This document shows positions 19,056 through 28,344 of a DNA stretch of 64,000 nt, one piece after another. This DNA is from Candidatus Gastranaerophilales bacterium. Its GTDB lineage: Bacteria; Cyanobacteriota; Vampirovibrionia; Gastranaerophilales; Gastranaerophilaceae. Where the stretch lies: positions 80,651-144,650 of the forward strand of contig CALVAW010000001.1 of NCBI GenBank assembly GCA_944325655.1, written 5' to 3'. The notes under the pieces were generated by a model. The model had not been told where the DNA came from. It worked only from the letters and a program-made list of their open reading frames with translations, and did no database searches. A program made the position numbers and the translations under genes. Within the stretch, counting starts at the first letter, position 1; each line of letters starts with the position of its first letter.

Positions 19056-20723
19056 TTATTCTTCTTTTGTTGCTTCATACCAAGAGTATGCTGTATAGAA
19101 AGGATTACTTTCAAATGCTTTCGGTTTTCCTACAAACTTATCCGCATACACTCCCAAATCCGTAGTATTTTTAAACATTTTTGCTTTTTCCGGCAAGGAT
19201 AATTTTGATGTTGTAGATGTTGCATCTCCAAGAGCGTATGAATTAGTTGTTTGACTTTTACCGTCAACTTTTATTGTCTCTGATGAAGCTCTGTAACCAT
19301 TATTACCGCCACGAACGCTCGTAGTAGAATCAGCTGTTTTCTGCTGGAACGAATAAACACCGGTATTTTGGTTAAGTTTGCTTGAATACGTTTCAATGGT
19401 CTTTCCGTCCGCATTTACTAAAGTTTCGCTTCTTCTTGCTACTTTATTTCCAAAAATGCCGGTCTTATCGGTTTCAACAGTTTTCATCGTTGTGCCGTCT
19501 GCATTTGGAGTTTCTGTTTTAACAGTTGTCTTATGTGAACCGAGTTTGCCGAATTTTTCAACAGTTTCAACTTTTGCTCCCACGCTTCCTTCAATCGGAG
19601 CTTCTACAGTCCTTGTACTTACTTTTGCACCGCTGCTATTATATTTTACTGTTGTTGTTCGGGTTGAAGCTACACCATTATTAACTGTTTTTTCCACAAT
19701 AACTTCTTGTGTCTTTAAACCTCTGGCATCATAAGTGCTTGTTGTTTCAATACCATTTTCAGTGGTTGTATGCTCATAATTAGAACCGTTCTTTTTGACA
19801 TTAGAATTAGTCTTTAGCTCTTTAAGTTTTTTAGCTGCAGCTTCAAGAGATTCTTGTCTTGCTTGTCTTCCGCTTCTTGAGAAACGTTGTCTTACTCTTT
19901 CAGCAAAACTTGTACCGTTTGAATCCTTACCAAAATTGTCTATTTTTTTCTGAGTTTCCGATGCAAAATTTTCAATTCTATTTTTAGCACCAACTTTAAA
20001 TTCTACATATTTGCCTTTAATGTATGAAGTAAATCCTCCTTCTTGTTTTATACCCTTATATATACCTTTTACAGCTTCAGCCCCGCCGGTAATTTTTTTA
20101 CCGAAAGCTTTGACTACGCTTCCCATATTTTTTGCAGTTTCTCCAATTGCAGCACCGGTAACTTCACCGACAGAACCGCCGCTTTTAATTGTTGCAACTA
20201 CAGAGCTGCTACTTAATTGACTTTTTAATAAACTGCCTGCTCCTTTTAATCCAAGAACAGATGCACCTGTTTGAAAAGCACCGCTGCCTATACTTTCAAG
20301 AGCAAGTTTAGCCTCAGCATCAGTTTTTGCATTATTTACCTGATCTATTGAACTAATTACCTGACTTACACCGTTTATTATTCCATTAGCTGCAAAATAA
20401 CCTATAGCAATTGGCCCAACAACCGGAACACAACATAAACCGACCATGGCTATAGTTTTAATAGGATTTTTAATGGCTCCCTTTACCATATTTAAAAGCG
20501 ATTTACCAATACCTGTAGCAACACTTTTAAATCCGTCCCAAAAAGATACCTTTCCGTCATCAGATCCATCGGTACAATAACTGTCTGTTTCAATATCATT
20601 AAAAACCGAAGCATCATTTTGACTATTTGTATTAACTTGCGAAGCAGAATATTGTCGCCTGTATTTTTGAACAATAGCATCATTTAACTGCTGCATTTGA
20701 TCAACACTTGTGATCACTCCCAT
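19056..20723 (-). CDS. hypothetical protein: Gly-rich hydrophobic hairpin + Thr-rich YD-like repeats
   Basis: 555-aa ORF with strong SD (GGAGG, 7 nt before the ATG). No signal peptide. Hydrophobic IAMVGLCCVPVVGPIAIGYFAANGIINGV. C-terminal half carries the motif x-[ND]-x-[DS]-G-x-x-x-x-T five times. Confidence 0.7.
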   Translation of the reverse strand: MGVITSVDQMQQLNDAIVQKYRRQYSASQVNTNSQNDASVFNDIETDSYCTDGSDDGKVSFWDGFKSVATGIGKSLLNMVKGAIKNPIKTIAMVGLCCVPVVGPIAIGYFAANGIINGVSQVISSIDQVNNAKTDAEAKLALESIGSGAFQTGASVLGLKGAGSLLKSQLSSSSVVATIKSGGSVGEVTGAAIGETAKNMGSVVKAFGKKITGGAEAVKGIYKGIKQEGGFTSYIKGKYVEFKVGAKNRIENFASETQKKIDNFGKDSNGTSFAERVRQRFSRSGRQARQESLEAAAKKLKELKTNSNVKKNGSNYEHTTTENGIETTSTYDARGLKTQEVIVEKTVNNGVASTRTTTVKYNSSGAKVSTRTVEAPIEGSVGAKVETVEKFGKLGSHKTTVKTETPNADGTTMKTVETDKTGIFGNKVARRSETLVNADGKTIETYSSKLNQNTGVYSFQQKTADSTTSVRGGNNGYRASSETIKVDGKSQTTNSYALGDATSTTSKLSLPEKAKMFKNTTDLGVYADKFVGKPKAFESNPFYTAYSWYEATKEE

Positions 20724-20895
20724 AATGTGTGTGCCTCCATAAAACTATAAACCCCTATATGCAAATAAAGTTTTTATAGTCAACAAAATTGCCTTTTATA
20801 TCATTTTTGTAAAGATTTATTAATATAGTCTTAGCTCAAAAGATGAATATTTTTTCTAAAAAACAAAGATACAATCTAAAAAAAGGAGAAATAAA

Positions 20896-21036
20896 ATGGA
20901 TAAATATATTTGCAAAGTTTGTGGTTATATTTATGACCCCGAAGAAAACGATAACACTGCATTTGAAGATTTAAAAGCGGATTGGATATGCCCATTGTGT
21001 GCAGCACCAAAAGAAGAATTTAGTAAAATACTCTAA
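20896..21036 (+). CDS. rubredoxin (46 aa; below the ORF-track length cut-off)
   Basis: [46 protein letters not shown] has both CxxCG and CPxC knuckles. SD AAGGAG at 20883-20888. Confidence 0.85.
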   Translation: MDKYICKVCGYIYDPEENDNTAFEDLKADWICPLCAAPKEEFSKIL

Positions 21037-21107
21037 ATTTAAAAAAATAAATATAGCAAAATTTTTTATTTTCTGCTTTTATATACAATGGCGAAAGTAA
21101 AAATACC

Positions 21108-21767
21108 ATGTATATCGAAAATAACACTTACACGAATTTTAAATCATACAGAGATTTTTCTAAAGCATCACAAAAGGTAAATAACAAGCAAAATATAAAT
21201 ATAAAACCGTTAGCAGGAGCGGCAATCGGTGCCGGAGTTGCGATGGTATTGTCGGCTAAAATGTTTAAACATTCAATTATTCCGGATACCAGCAAACTTC
21301 AAAAATCAACCTTAAGAGATGTTTCAGAAATGTTACTTATGGCAGGCGGAGCAAACCTTGGCGGGGTTTTAGCCGGCTCAATTAATGCAAATAAGAAACA
21401 AAAAAAGAAAAAATATAAAGAAGCAATGTTTCAGATAATGAATACTTCAGTTCCCATGCTGATGGTTACCGCAGCTATAAAACTATGCGAAAACGTCAAA
21501 GCATTAAACAAAAATTCATCAAAAATTGTTGCTTCGATTGTTGCAATGCTTTCAGGAGCAGCAATAGCAACAGGAATTACAAATGCTACAAAAGATGAAA
21601 ACGAACCAATCAGAAAATATACACTTAAAGATTCGCTTGCAAATTTTGACGATATAGTAGCAACAATCAAACTCGGCTTCAAAAAGGTTGCGCAATATAT
21701 TCCCGTAGACATTCTGCTTCCTATTATATATGTATATAACGGCTATCGCTCAGGAAGCAAGGAATAA
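21108..21767 (+). CDS. hypothetical membrane protein with glycine-zipper helices
   Basis: 219 aa. AGAAIGAGVAMV, MAGGANLGGVLAGS, LSGAAIATGI hydrophobic segments; polybasic loop KKQKKKKYK. Confidence 0.6.
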   Translation: MYIENNTYTNFKSYRDFSKASQKVNNKQNINIKPLAGAAIGAGVAMVLSAKMFKHSIIPDTSKLQKSTLRDVSEMLLMAGGANLGGVLAGSINANKKQKKKKYKEAMFQIMNTSVPMLMVTAAIKLCENVKALNKNSSKIVASIVAMLSGAAIATGITNATKDENEPIRKYTLKDSLANFDDIVATIKLGFKKVAQYIPVDILLPIIYVYNGYRSGSKE

Positions 21768-21789
21768 TTTTAAATATTATTTTTTTATG

Positions 21790-21798
21790 TGCTATAAT
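21790..21798 (+). promoter_or_regulatory. extended -10 promoter (TGcTATAAT) upstream of metG
   Basis: TG at 21790-21791, TATAAT at 21793-21798, 30 nt before the metG ATG. Confidence 0.45.
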
Positions 21799-21828
21799 CC
21801 AATAGTAACTAACTTATAGGATTTAGAT

Positions 21829-23382
21829 ATGAAAAAATTTTATACAACAACAGCTATAGACTATGTAAACGGTGCCCCGCATATAGGTCATGCTTATGAA
21901 AAAATTTTAACCGACGTTATAACAAGACATTTCAGTCAAAGAACAGATAATTCATACATGCTGACAGGAACGGATGAGCATGGAATTAAAATTCAAAAAA
22001 CTTCCGCACAAGTTGGTATAGCCCCAAAAGAATTTTGCGATATTAATGCTCAAAAATTTATAGATTGTTGGAAATTACTGGATATAAATTATTCGCAATT
22101 TATAAGAACAACAGACGATTATCATAAAAAAACCGTACAAAAAATATTTAGAAAACTTGTCAAAAAAGGCGATATTTATAAAAATTCATATACAGGATTA
22201 TATTGTGCGGGTTGCGAAGCTTTTTTAGCCGATAAAGATTTGGATGAAAACGGTTGCTGCCTCGTGCATAAGAAAAAACCCGAACAAGTATCCGAAGAAA
22301 ACTACTTCTTTAAATTAACAAAATACAAAGATGCTATTTTAAAACACATAAAACAAAATCCTGATTTTATAGTCCCTGATTTCAGAGCAAATGAAGTTAT
22401 TAATCAACTTGAAAACATTGAAGATATATCTGTTTCAAGAGCAAAATCAAATGTAAATTGGGGCATAGACGTTTTAGACGATTCCGAACAAGTTATATAT
22501 GTATGGATTGATGCACTTTCAAACTATATAACGGCTCTCGGCTATGATACCGAAAATCCCTCTGAAAAATTTAAAACGTACTGGCCTGCAGATGTTCAAG
22601 TTATTGGAAAAGATATTTTAAAATTTCACAGCATATATTGGCTCGCAATATTAATGGCATTGGATTTACCGCTTCCTAAACACATCCTTGCCCATGGATG
22701 GATTACGATAGATGAAGCCAAAATGTCAAAATCATTAGGAAATGTGGTTTCACCCGAAAATGTCCTAAAAGCATATCAATTAGATAAAGCGGATGCTTTC
22801 AGATATTACATGGCAACAGCAGCCCCTGTTGGCCGTGATGGCAATTATTCCGATGAAGATTTTAAAGAAAAAGTAAATGCGCACCTTGCTAATTCAATGG
22901 GAAATCTTTTAAACCGAACTCTTTCCATGCTTGTAAAATATTTTGACGGTGAAATAAAATCTGAATTTATTAAAAACTCTCCTCTTTTTGATGAAGCTAT
23001 AAAAACAATTCAAGAAGTAAAACATCACTTTGACTATTTTGAAGTACAAGAAGCAAGTTTAAAAATTAACGAACTTGTTGATAAAACGAATAAATATGTA
23101 ACGGATAGCGCTCCTTGGACACTTGCAAAGGAAGAAAAAATGCAAGAGTGCGGAAATGTCTTGTATACTGTTCTTGAAATAATGTGTGTGATTTCATCTT
23201 TGATTTATCCGTACTGTCCCAATATTGCAAAATCAATGGCAAAACAACTAAAATACGATATAAATACGAAATTGGACGACATCAAAACAAATAATATAAA
23301 AGCAGAAAAGCTAATTTCAAAAGAAGAAATAATTCCCGTATTTTTAAGAATAGACAGTGAACTTGCCGATAAGAAAAAATAA
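21829..23382 (+). CDS. metG: methionine--tRNA ligase (short form without C-terminal tRNA-binding domain)
   Basis: HIGH motif (APHIGHAY), KMSKS, CAGCEAF...C zinc knuckle, anticodon-binding C-terminal helices. Confidence 0.9.
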   Translation: MKKFYTTTAIDYVNGAPHIGHAYEKILTDVITRHFSQRTDNSYMLTGTDEHGIKIQKTSAQVGIAPKEFCDINAQKFIDCWKLLDINYSQFIRTTDDYHKKTVQKIFRKLVKKGDIYKNSYTGLYCAGCEAFLADKDLDENGCCLVHKKKPEQVSEENYFFKLTKYKDAILKHIKQNPDFIVPDFRANEVINQLENIEDISVSRAKSNVNWGIDVLDDSEQVIYVWIDALSNYITALGYDTENPSEKFKTYWPADVQVIGKDILKFHSIYWLAILMALDLPLPKHILAHGWITIDEAKMSKSLGNVVSPENVLKAYQLDKADAFRYYMATAAPVGRDGNYSDEDFKEKVNAHLANSMGNLLNRTLSMLVKYFDGEIKSEFIKNSPLFDEAIKTIQEVKHHFDYFEVQEASLKINELVDKTNKYVTDSAPWTLAKEEKMQECGNVLYTVLEIMCVISSLIYPYCPNIAKSMAKQLKYDINTKLDDIKTNNIKAEKLISKEEIIPVFLRIDSELADKKK

Positions 23383-23383
23383 A

Positions 23384-24379
23384 TTATAAATTGATATAAT
23401 GTTTTATTAAACTTAAAATGCTTTCATATTGGTTTATTACAAAAACAACACCGATTGAAACAACAAGACCTATTATTGCTTTTGATAAATCCTTTATTAA
23501 GTGTTTATAGACTTTCTTTTCGGTTATAAAACGTAATCTGTTATACAAAGCAATTTCCCTGCCCGCTAAAACCCCTAAAAACACCCAAGTAGTCGACATC
23601 GGAATATTGTTTACGCACTGAAAATATAAAAGGATTAATGTATAAACGCAATCTATAATAGTTGCACTTCTTACATCTTGAGTGTTGGTTTTCAATTTAA
23701 CTATATTTTGGATTTCTCCGCCTCTTTTGTAACATAAAACAAAAAGCAATGCCAAAAATACGGATAAACTTAAAATAAGTTGAACTAAGGTTAATTTTCT
23801 CGGCAAATATATAAACAATACAGCACCGTCTTGCAAAAGCCAAGCGCTCCACAAAAACGCAGTAGATAACCATTTTGCAACAATCCAGGGTGTCGGAATA
23901 GGTTTATTTTTCATATATAAAAATATTTTTTCAACTTTTCTTGCAATAAAAAAATACAAAATTAACGAGGCAAATAGAGCTGTTATATAACCCACAAAAG
24001 ATTTTGCAATCATTAAACCTATAACCGTATTTGAAGAAAAAACACTCACTATTAAAAAAGCCGTTGCAACGGGAATTCCTTTTTTTGTCAAATACAAAAG
24101 CACCAAAGGAGGCAGTATATGCCACCAATAAAATGTTTGAGCATGCGGAATTCTATCCAATCGGTGAAACGCCATGTCTCCGTCGTTTACAATCCAGCCT
24201 ATTGTAAAGGTTAAAACCATAACAAAACCGACATAAAGCCAAATTTGCCATACCGGTCTATCTTTTGTTGTGTTTAAAAAAGTACCCAAGGTTTGTATAG
24301 CATCATTTGAAACGCAAGCATAAAGGGATAATAAAAACCCTGTAATCATAAATATGAAGCTTAGTGTAATTTCTGTCAT
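23384..24379 (-). CDS. divergent PiT (PHO4)-like inorganic ion transporter / integral membrane protein
   Basis: About 9-10 TMs. SNDAIQTLGT near the N-terminus and IPMSTTWVFLGVLAG near the C-terminus resemble the duplicated GANDvan / PvSTTh PiT signatures. By-eye call. Confidence 0.45.
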   Translation of the reverse strand: MTEITLSFIFMITGFLLSLYACVSNDAIQTLGTFLNTTKDRPVWQIWLYVGFVMVLTFTIGWIVNDGDMAFHRLDRIPHAQTFYWWHILPPLVLLYLTKKGIPVATAFLIVSVFSSNTVIGLMIAKSFVGYITALFASLILYFFIARKVEKIFLYMKNKPIPTPWIVAKWLSTAFLWSAWLLQDGAVLFIYLPRKLTLVQLILSLSVFLALLFVLCYKRGGEIQNIVKLKTNTQDVRSATIIDCVYTLILLYFQCVNNIPMSTTWVFLGVLAGREIALYNRLRFITEKKVYKHLIKDLSKAIIGLVVSIGVVFVINQYESILSLIKHYINL

Positions 24380-24396
24380 AAAACCTTCAAAATAAA

Positions 24397-25191
24397 TTAT
24401 ACATCAAGTGAGTTCATAATTTCATCGCTTGCTTCAAAATTTGAATAAACATTTTGAACATCATCATGTTCATCAAGCTTTTCTAAAAGAAGAACAACTT
24501 TCTTAGCAATATTAACATCCGTAACTTCATTGGAATTTGAAGGAATTCTGGTTAATTCCGAACTTTTTAATTTATAACCTAATTTCTCCAAACCTTCTGC
24601 GGTCATCTGCAAATTTTCGGTAGTAGTTTTAATTTTATAATCGTTTTCTTCTTCGTCTTCCCAGACATCCATCGGATCGAATTCCATACAATCTTCAAAA
24701 AGCTTATCAAAATCAAACATTTTGACTTCTTCCTTGGAACGTTTATCGGCTTCAGGCGGCTTATCAATAGCAATCAATCCGCAAGGTTCAAATATCCAGC
24801 CGACACAACCGGTTTCACCTAAATTTCCGCCAAATTTTGTAAAATAACTTCTAATATCTCCTGCGGTTCTGTTTCTGTTGTCGGTTGCTGCCTCTATAAA
24901 TATAGCAACACCGCCGGCTCCGTATCCTTCATAAGTTATTTCTTCAAAATTTTCACCCTGAGCGTTTCCTGTGCCTTTATCAATTGCTCTTTTTATTGTA
25001 TCGTTCGGTAAACCGCCTGCTTTTGCTTTTTCAACCGCCGTCCTTAAACGAAAATTACCGTTTAAATCTCCGCCGCCAATTTTAGCTGCTATAATAATTT
25101 CTCTTGAATATTTTGCAAAATTAGCTCCCCTCAACGCATCAGTTTTTGCTTTTTTATGTTTTATATTTGCCCACTTTGAGTGTCCTGACAT
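24397..25191 (-). CDS. yebC: YebC/PmpR family DNA-binding regulator
   Basis: MSGHSKWANIKHKK..., YEGYGAGGVAI, DNRNRT. ATG at 25191 preceded by AAGGA; the track ORF starts 2 codons earlier at TTG. Confidence 0.85.
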   Translation of the reverse strand: MSGHSKWANIKHKKAKTDALRGANFAKYSREIIIAAKIGGGDLNGNFRLRTAVEKAKAGGLPNDTIKRAIDKGTGNAQGENFEEITYEGYGAGGVAIFIEAATDNRNRTAGDIRSYFTKFGGNLGETGCVGWIFEPCGLIAIDKPPEADKRSKEEVKMFDFDKLFEDCMEFDPMDVWEDEEENDYKIKTTTENLQMTAEGLEKLGYKLKSSELTRIPSNSNEVTDVNIAKKVVLLLEKLDEHDDVQNVYSNFEASDEIMNSLDV

Positions 25192-25320
25192 AATCAATTC
25201 CTTATTTTAATCTTTTTCTTAATTAAATCATGGGGATAAGGAATTATCAAGAATAATAATGCACATAAATATAAAATTAAAAAACTGTTTACAGCTATTT
25301 ATTATGCAATCCGAGCAAAG

Positions 25321-25851
25321 TTGAAAAAAAAATATTTTTTTTATTATAATATAGCAGACACACTGTTAAATATAAAAACAATAGACATTATGCAAAACGA
25401 ACTTTCAAGAATAGATTACATAAGAGAATTAATAGCAGATTGCAGATATGACGATGCCTTAGAGATGTTATCCATAGCAACTGAAGAAGAACCTGATAAC
25501 ATTGATTATAATTACGAATTAGCCAGAATATTTATGGAGTTGGGTAATTACGCATCGGCTATTTCTAATTTAGAATTAGTAACTGAAAAAACAAGAAATC
25601 ACTTACTATACTACATGCTTGGTGAAGCCTACCAAGCAGACGAACAAATAGATAAAGCCATTGGAGCATATTTAAAATCTATAATGCTAAATGAAAAATT
25701 TGCACTTAGCTACAAAAAACTGGGCATACTTTTTCTGGGCAGACAAGATAAAGTCTCCGCAGTTGAATACTTTGAAGACTATCTGAAATTAGATATACCG
25801 GAAGATGAAAAAAAGTCGACAGAAAAAATTTTAGATAGGATTAAAAAATGA
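25321..25851 (+). CDS. TPR repeat protein
   Basis: Repeated A-x3-Y-x-x-A-hh pattern (ELARIFMELGNYASAI, MLGEAYQADEQIDKAIGAY). Start uncertain (TTG 25321 or ATG 25391). Confidence 0.6.
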   Translation: MKKKYFFYYNIADTLLNIKTIDIMQNELSRIDYIRELIADCRYDDALEMLSIATEEEPDNIDYNYELARIFMELGNYASAISNLELVTEKTRNHLLYYMLGEAYQADEQIDKAIGAYLKSIMLNEKFALSYKKLGILFLGRQDKVSAVEYFEDYLKLDIPEDEKKSTEKILDRIKK

Positions 25852-26108
25852 CAAAAGAAGTTAAAATCTACACCCTTGACTATTGCCCTTTTTGTCAAAA
25901 GGCAAAAATGTTTCTGGATGAACACAAAGTTACATTTGAAGAAATCTCTTGCGAAGAAAATGAAGACGAAATGAGAAAAAAACTTACAAAAGAATACAAT
26001 CTTCCTTATCTTGCAACATTTCCTCAAATCATTATTGACAGTAAAAATATAGGCGGATACAGCGATTTAATCGAAAAATTTCAAAATAATGAAATTTCTT
26101 TTGATTAA
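25848..26108 (+). CDS. glutaredoxin
   Basis: 86 aa, VKIYTLDYCPFCQKAK active site, TFPQIIIDSKNIGGYSDL. 4-nt overlap with the TPR gene. Confidence 0.85.
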   Translation: MTKEVKIYTLDYCPFCQKAKMFLDEHKVTFEEISCEENEDEMRKKLTKEYNLPYLATFPQIIIDSKNIGGYSDLIEKFQNNEISFD

Positions 26109-26428
26109 ATATACTTTTTAATATTGGTGATTATTGCGGATTTTGCAAGCAAACCCACCATTACTTCCTTTAAAGCGCCGTCTTTAAAAATCAAAACACT
26201 GGGAAGCGCTGAAATTCCGTATTCTTTAGCGGTATTTATATTTTTATCCGCATCAATTTTAACAAACTTAACCGTATCTTTATATTCATTTTGAACTTGC
26301 TCTAAAACCGGAGCAAGTTTTCTGCATGGTCCGCACCAAGGCGCCCAAAAATCAACTACTACAGGCATATCTGATTTAATAACCGTTTGTTCAAAATTAT
26401 TATCATTTATTTCCATTATTTCACTCAT
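26105..26428 (-). CDS. trxA: thioredoxin
   Basis: 107 aa, [10 protein letters not shown] active site. Confidence 0.9.
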   Translation of the reverse strand: MSEIMEINDNNFEQTVIKSDMPVVVDFWAPWCGPCRKLAPVLEQVQNEYKDTVKFVKIDADKNINTAKEYGISALPSVLIFKDGALKEVMVGLLAKSAIITNIKKYI

Positions 26429-26468
26429 AAATTTTCTCCTCGTTTTTTATGTATTATTATATTATATC

Positions 26469-27116
26469 ATGAACATAAGTAAAATTTTTTCAATATTAAA
26501 AGATGACTTTATTCAAAACCGCATGCAGCACAGCGAGTTTGTTGATTTTATGGAAAATATAAAAGATCCTTATCTGGTTTTAATCTGCTGTATTTTATCA
26601 TTAAGAACAAACGATAAAACCACAATCGGTGCGACAAAAAGAATGCTTGCATTAGGTAAAACCCCGCAAGAAATTTCTGAACTGGACGAAGAAACTCTCT
26701 CGAAAGCCATTTATCCTGTCGGTTTTTATCAAAATAAAGCTAAACAAATAATTAACCTTTCAAAAATTCTTGTTGAAAAACACAATTCCAAAGTCCCGAT
26801 GTCCATTGAAGAATTAATAAAATTCAAAGGAGTCGGAAGAAAAACCGCAAATCTCGTTTTAACAAAAGGTTTTAATAAACCGGCAATTTGCGTTGATGTA
26901 CATGTACACAGAATATCAAACAGATTAGGATATGTAAGCACAAAAACACCCGAAGAAACAGAATTTGCACTAAGAAAAATATTACCTAAAAAATATTGGA
27001 TTGATTTCAATACTCTTCTCGTAACGCTCGGTCAAAACATCTGCAAACCGCAAAAACCAAAATGCGAAATTTGCTCTATCAGAAAATTTTGCGCCCAAAA
27101 TTTCACTAAATCTTAA
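26469..27116 (+). CDS. nth: endonuclease III
   Basis: HhH-GPD ([13 protein letters not shown]), catalytic region [12 protein letters not shown], 4Fe-4S cluster [17 protein letters not shown]. Confidence 0.9.
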   Translation: MNISKIFSILKDDFIQNRMQHSEFVDFMENIKDPYLVLICCILSLRTNDKTTIGATKRMLALGKTPQEISELDEETLSKAIYPVGFYQNKAKQIINLSKILVEKHNSKVPMSIEELIKFKGVGRKTANLVLTKGFNKPAICVDVHVHRISNRLGYVSTKTPEETEFALRKILPKKYWIDFNTLLVTLGQNICKPQKPKCEICSIRKFCAQNFTKS

Positions 27117-27594
27117 GCTCATTTATAACTTCATCCAAATGTTCAATATTTGCCGAAATAACATTGGCGTTCTTTACTCTGAATACAAGTTTTCGATAAT
27201 AACCGACTGCCATAACGCCTTTATTCAAAAGCTCTGATATAAATTCCATTGCCGCTATATCGTCTGCTTCTCTTGCGGTTCTGTATAATTCATTTAATTG
27301 CGTTAATATAAATTCTTCATGAGAAAGTGCAGTTGAAAATATATCGGACACATTTATCCAATCAACGGAAGGTTCTTCAATTTTTGAAAATGTCAGTTTT
27401 TCATCTCTTAAAATTATATAATCATATATTTTTTGAGCACAATCCAATTTTTCGGATGCTTTATGTTTCATAAATTTTGAAAAGCCGCTCATAGCTATTT
27501 CATCAAAATATGTTGACATTGCAAAATATAAATATGCGCTGTAAAATTCATGGTTGATTTGCTTATTAAATGCTTGTATCAATTTAGTTTCCAT
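27106..27594 (-). CDS. ferritin-fold protein with incomplete ferroxidase ligands
   Basis: 162 aa. [18 protein letters not shown] resembles ferritin helix A, but no E-x-x-H motif occurs anywhere in the protein. Confidence 0.65.
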   Translation of the reverse strand: METKLIQAFNKQINHEFYSAYLYFAMSTYFDEIAMSGFSKFMKHKASEKLDCAQKIYDYIILRDEKLTFSKIEEPSVDWINVSDIFSTALSHEEFILTQLNELYRTAREADDIAAMEFISELLNKGVMAVGYYRKLVFRVKNANVISANIEHLDEVINELKI

Positions 27595-27615
27595 CTTGTA
27601 TCCCCTTTAAGTTCT

Positions 27616-28014
27616 TTATATTTCGGTTTTAGTTACCCAACCGCCATCTTTATTGCAATAAAGTCTTATATAAAACCCTTTGTCGCAATGACATCTTATA
27701 GTCATTTCAGGAGTTTCATCTTCATTTAAAAATTTTCTTTTTACATATTTTTTATCCTTTGAAATTGCTTCAATGAATTCAATATGATGCTCTTTTGTCA
27801 TAACATGGTTAAACTTAACTTTAATATGCTTAATGCCGTCAGAATTTTCAATTTCTTCCACATGGGCAAAATGAGCATTTTGAGAATTTGCTTCATGTTC
27901 ATGCAATAATTTCATATCTTCATTGCAACACACCAAAGTACCGGCTCCTTCATGCTCAACTTCAACAAGATTATTGCAAATTTCACACCTGTAAAGTTCT
28001 AATTTTTCAGTCAT
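27616..28014 (-). CDS. dfx: desulfoferrodoxin (2Fe superoxide reductase)
   Basis: N-terminal desulforedoxin CxxC...CC (YRCEICNNLVEV...LVCCNEDM). C-terminal SOR domain with His ligands and CHCDKGFY/LYCNKDGGW. Confidence 0.85.
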   Translation of the reverse strand: MTEKLELYRCEICNNLVEVEHEGAGTLVCCNEDMKLLHEHEANSQNAHFAHVEEIENSDGIKHIKVKFNHVMTKEHHIEFIEAISKDKKYVKRKFLNEDETPEMTIRCHCDKGFYIRLYCNKDGGWVTKTEI

Positions 28015-28120
28015 TTTTCCTCCTTTAATTCATCTTGTTAAATTTTTACACATGATAAAATCAAAAAAAATTAGCAGTCTCGGCTAAGTCTTTTAAAAAT
28101 TTTTCTTAAAAACAAAAACA

Positions 28121-28129
28121 TGATATAAT
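28121..28129 (+). promoter_or_regulatory. extended -10 promoter (TGaTATAAT) for the RHH gene
   Basis: TG 28121-28122, TATAAT 28124-28129. SD GAGG at 28147-28150. Confidence 0.45.
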
Positions 28130-28155
28130 TACAAACGTAGTTTAAAGAGGTAATG

Positions 28156-28344
28156 ATGGCTCGAATTCTAATCTCAATGAAAGACAATTTTTTAAAAACT
28201 ATCGATGAGCTTGCATTTAAAGAACAAAGAACTCGTTCGGAATTCGTTCGAGAAGCATTAAGAGAATACATCAAAAAAACAACTAAAGTTATGCCCAAAA
28301 ACGCTCAAAAAAATGCCGATATTCTTGAAAACTTACTCGACTGA
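28156..28344 (+). CDS. ribbon-helix-helix (CopG/Arc/MetJ-type) DNA-binding protein
   Basis: MARILISMKDNFLKTIDELAFKEQRTRSEFVREALREYI is the classical RHH beta-strand/helix/helix pattern. Second ATG has proper SD spacing. Confidence 0.7.
   Translation: MARILISMKDNFLKTIDELAFKEQRTRSEFVREALREYIKKTTKVMPKNAQKNADILENLLD

Noticed and set aside
26897-26908. A second LexA-box-like sequence, TGTACATGTACA.
   Set aside because: The half-site spacing is 2 nt, not 4. It lies inside the nth coding sequence, where it simply encodes DVHVH.
28071-28298. 75-aa minus-strand ORF overlapping the RHH gene.
   Set aside because: It is antisense to an ORF with a textbook ribbon-helix-helix sequence, an extended -10 and an SD. 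It has no start signals or motifs of its own.
28156-28344. The RHH protein as the antitoxin of a type II toxin-antitoxin pair.
   Set aside because: No toxin-sized ORF lies upstream or downstream. The next gene is a convergent amylase gene abutting its stop. It is better left as a stand-alone RHH regulator.
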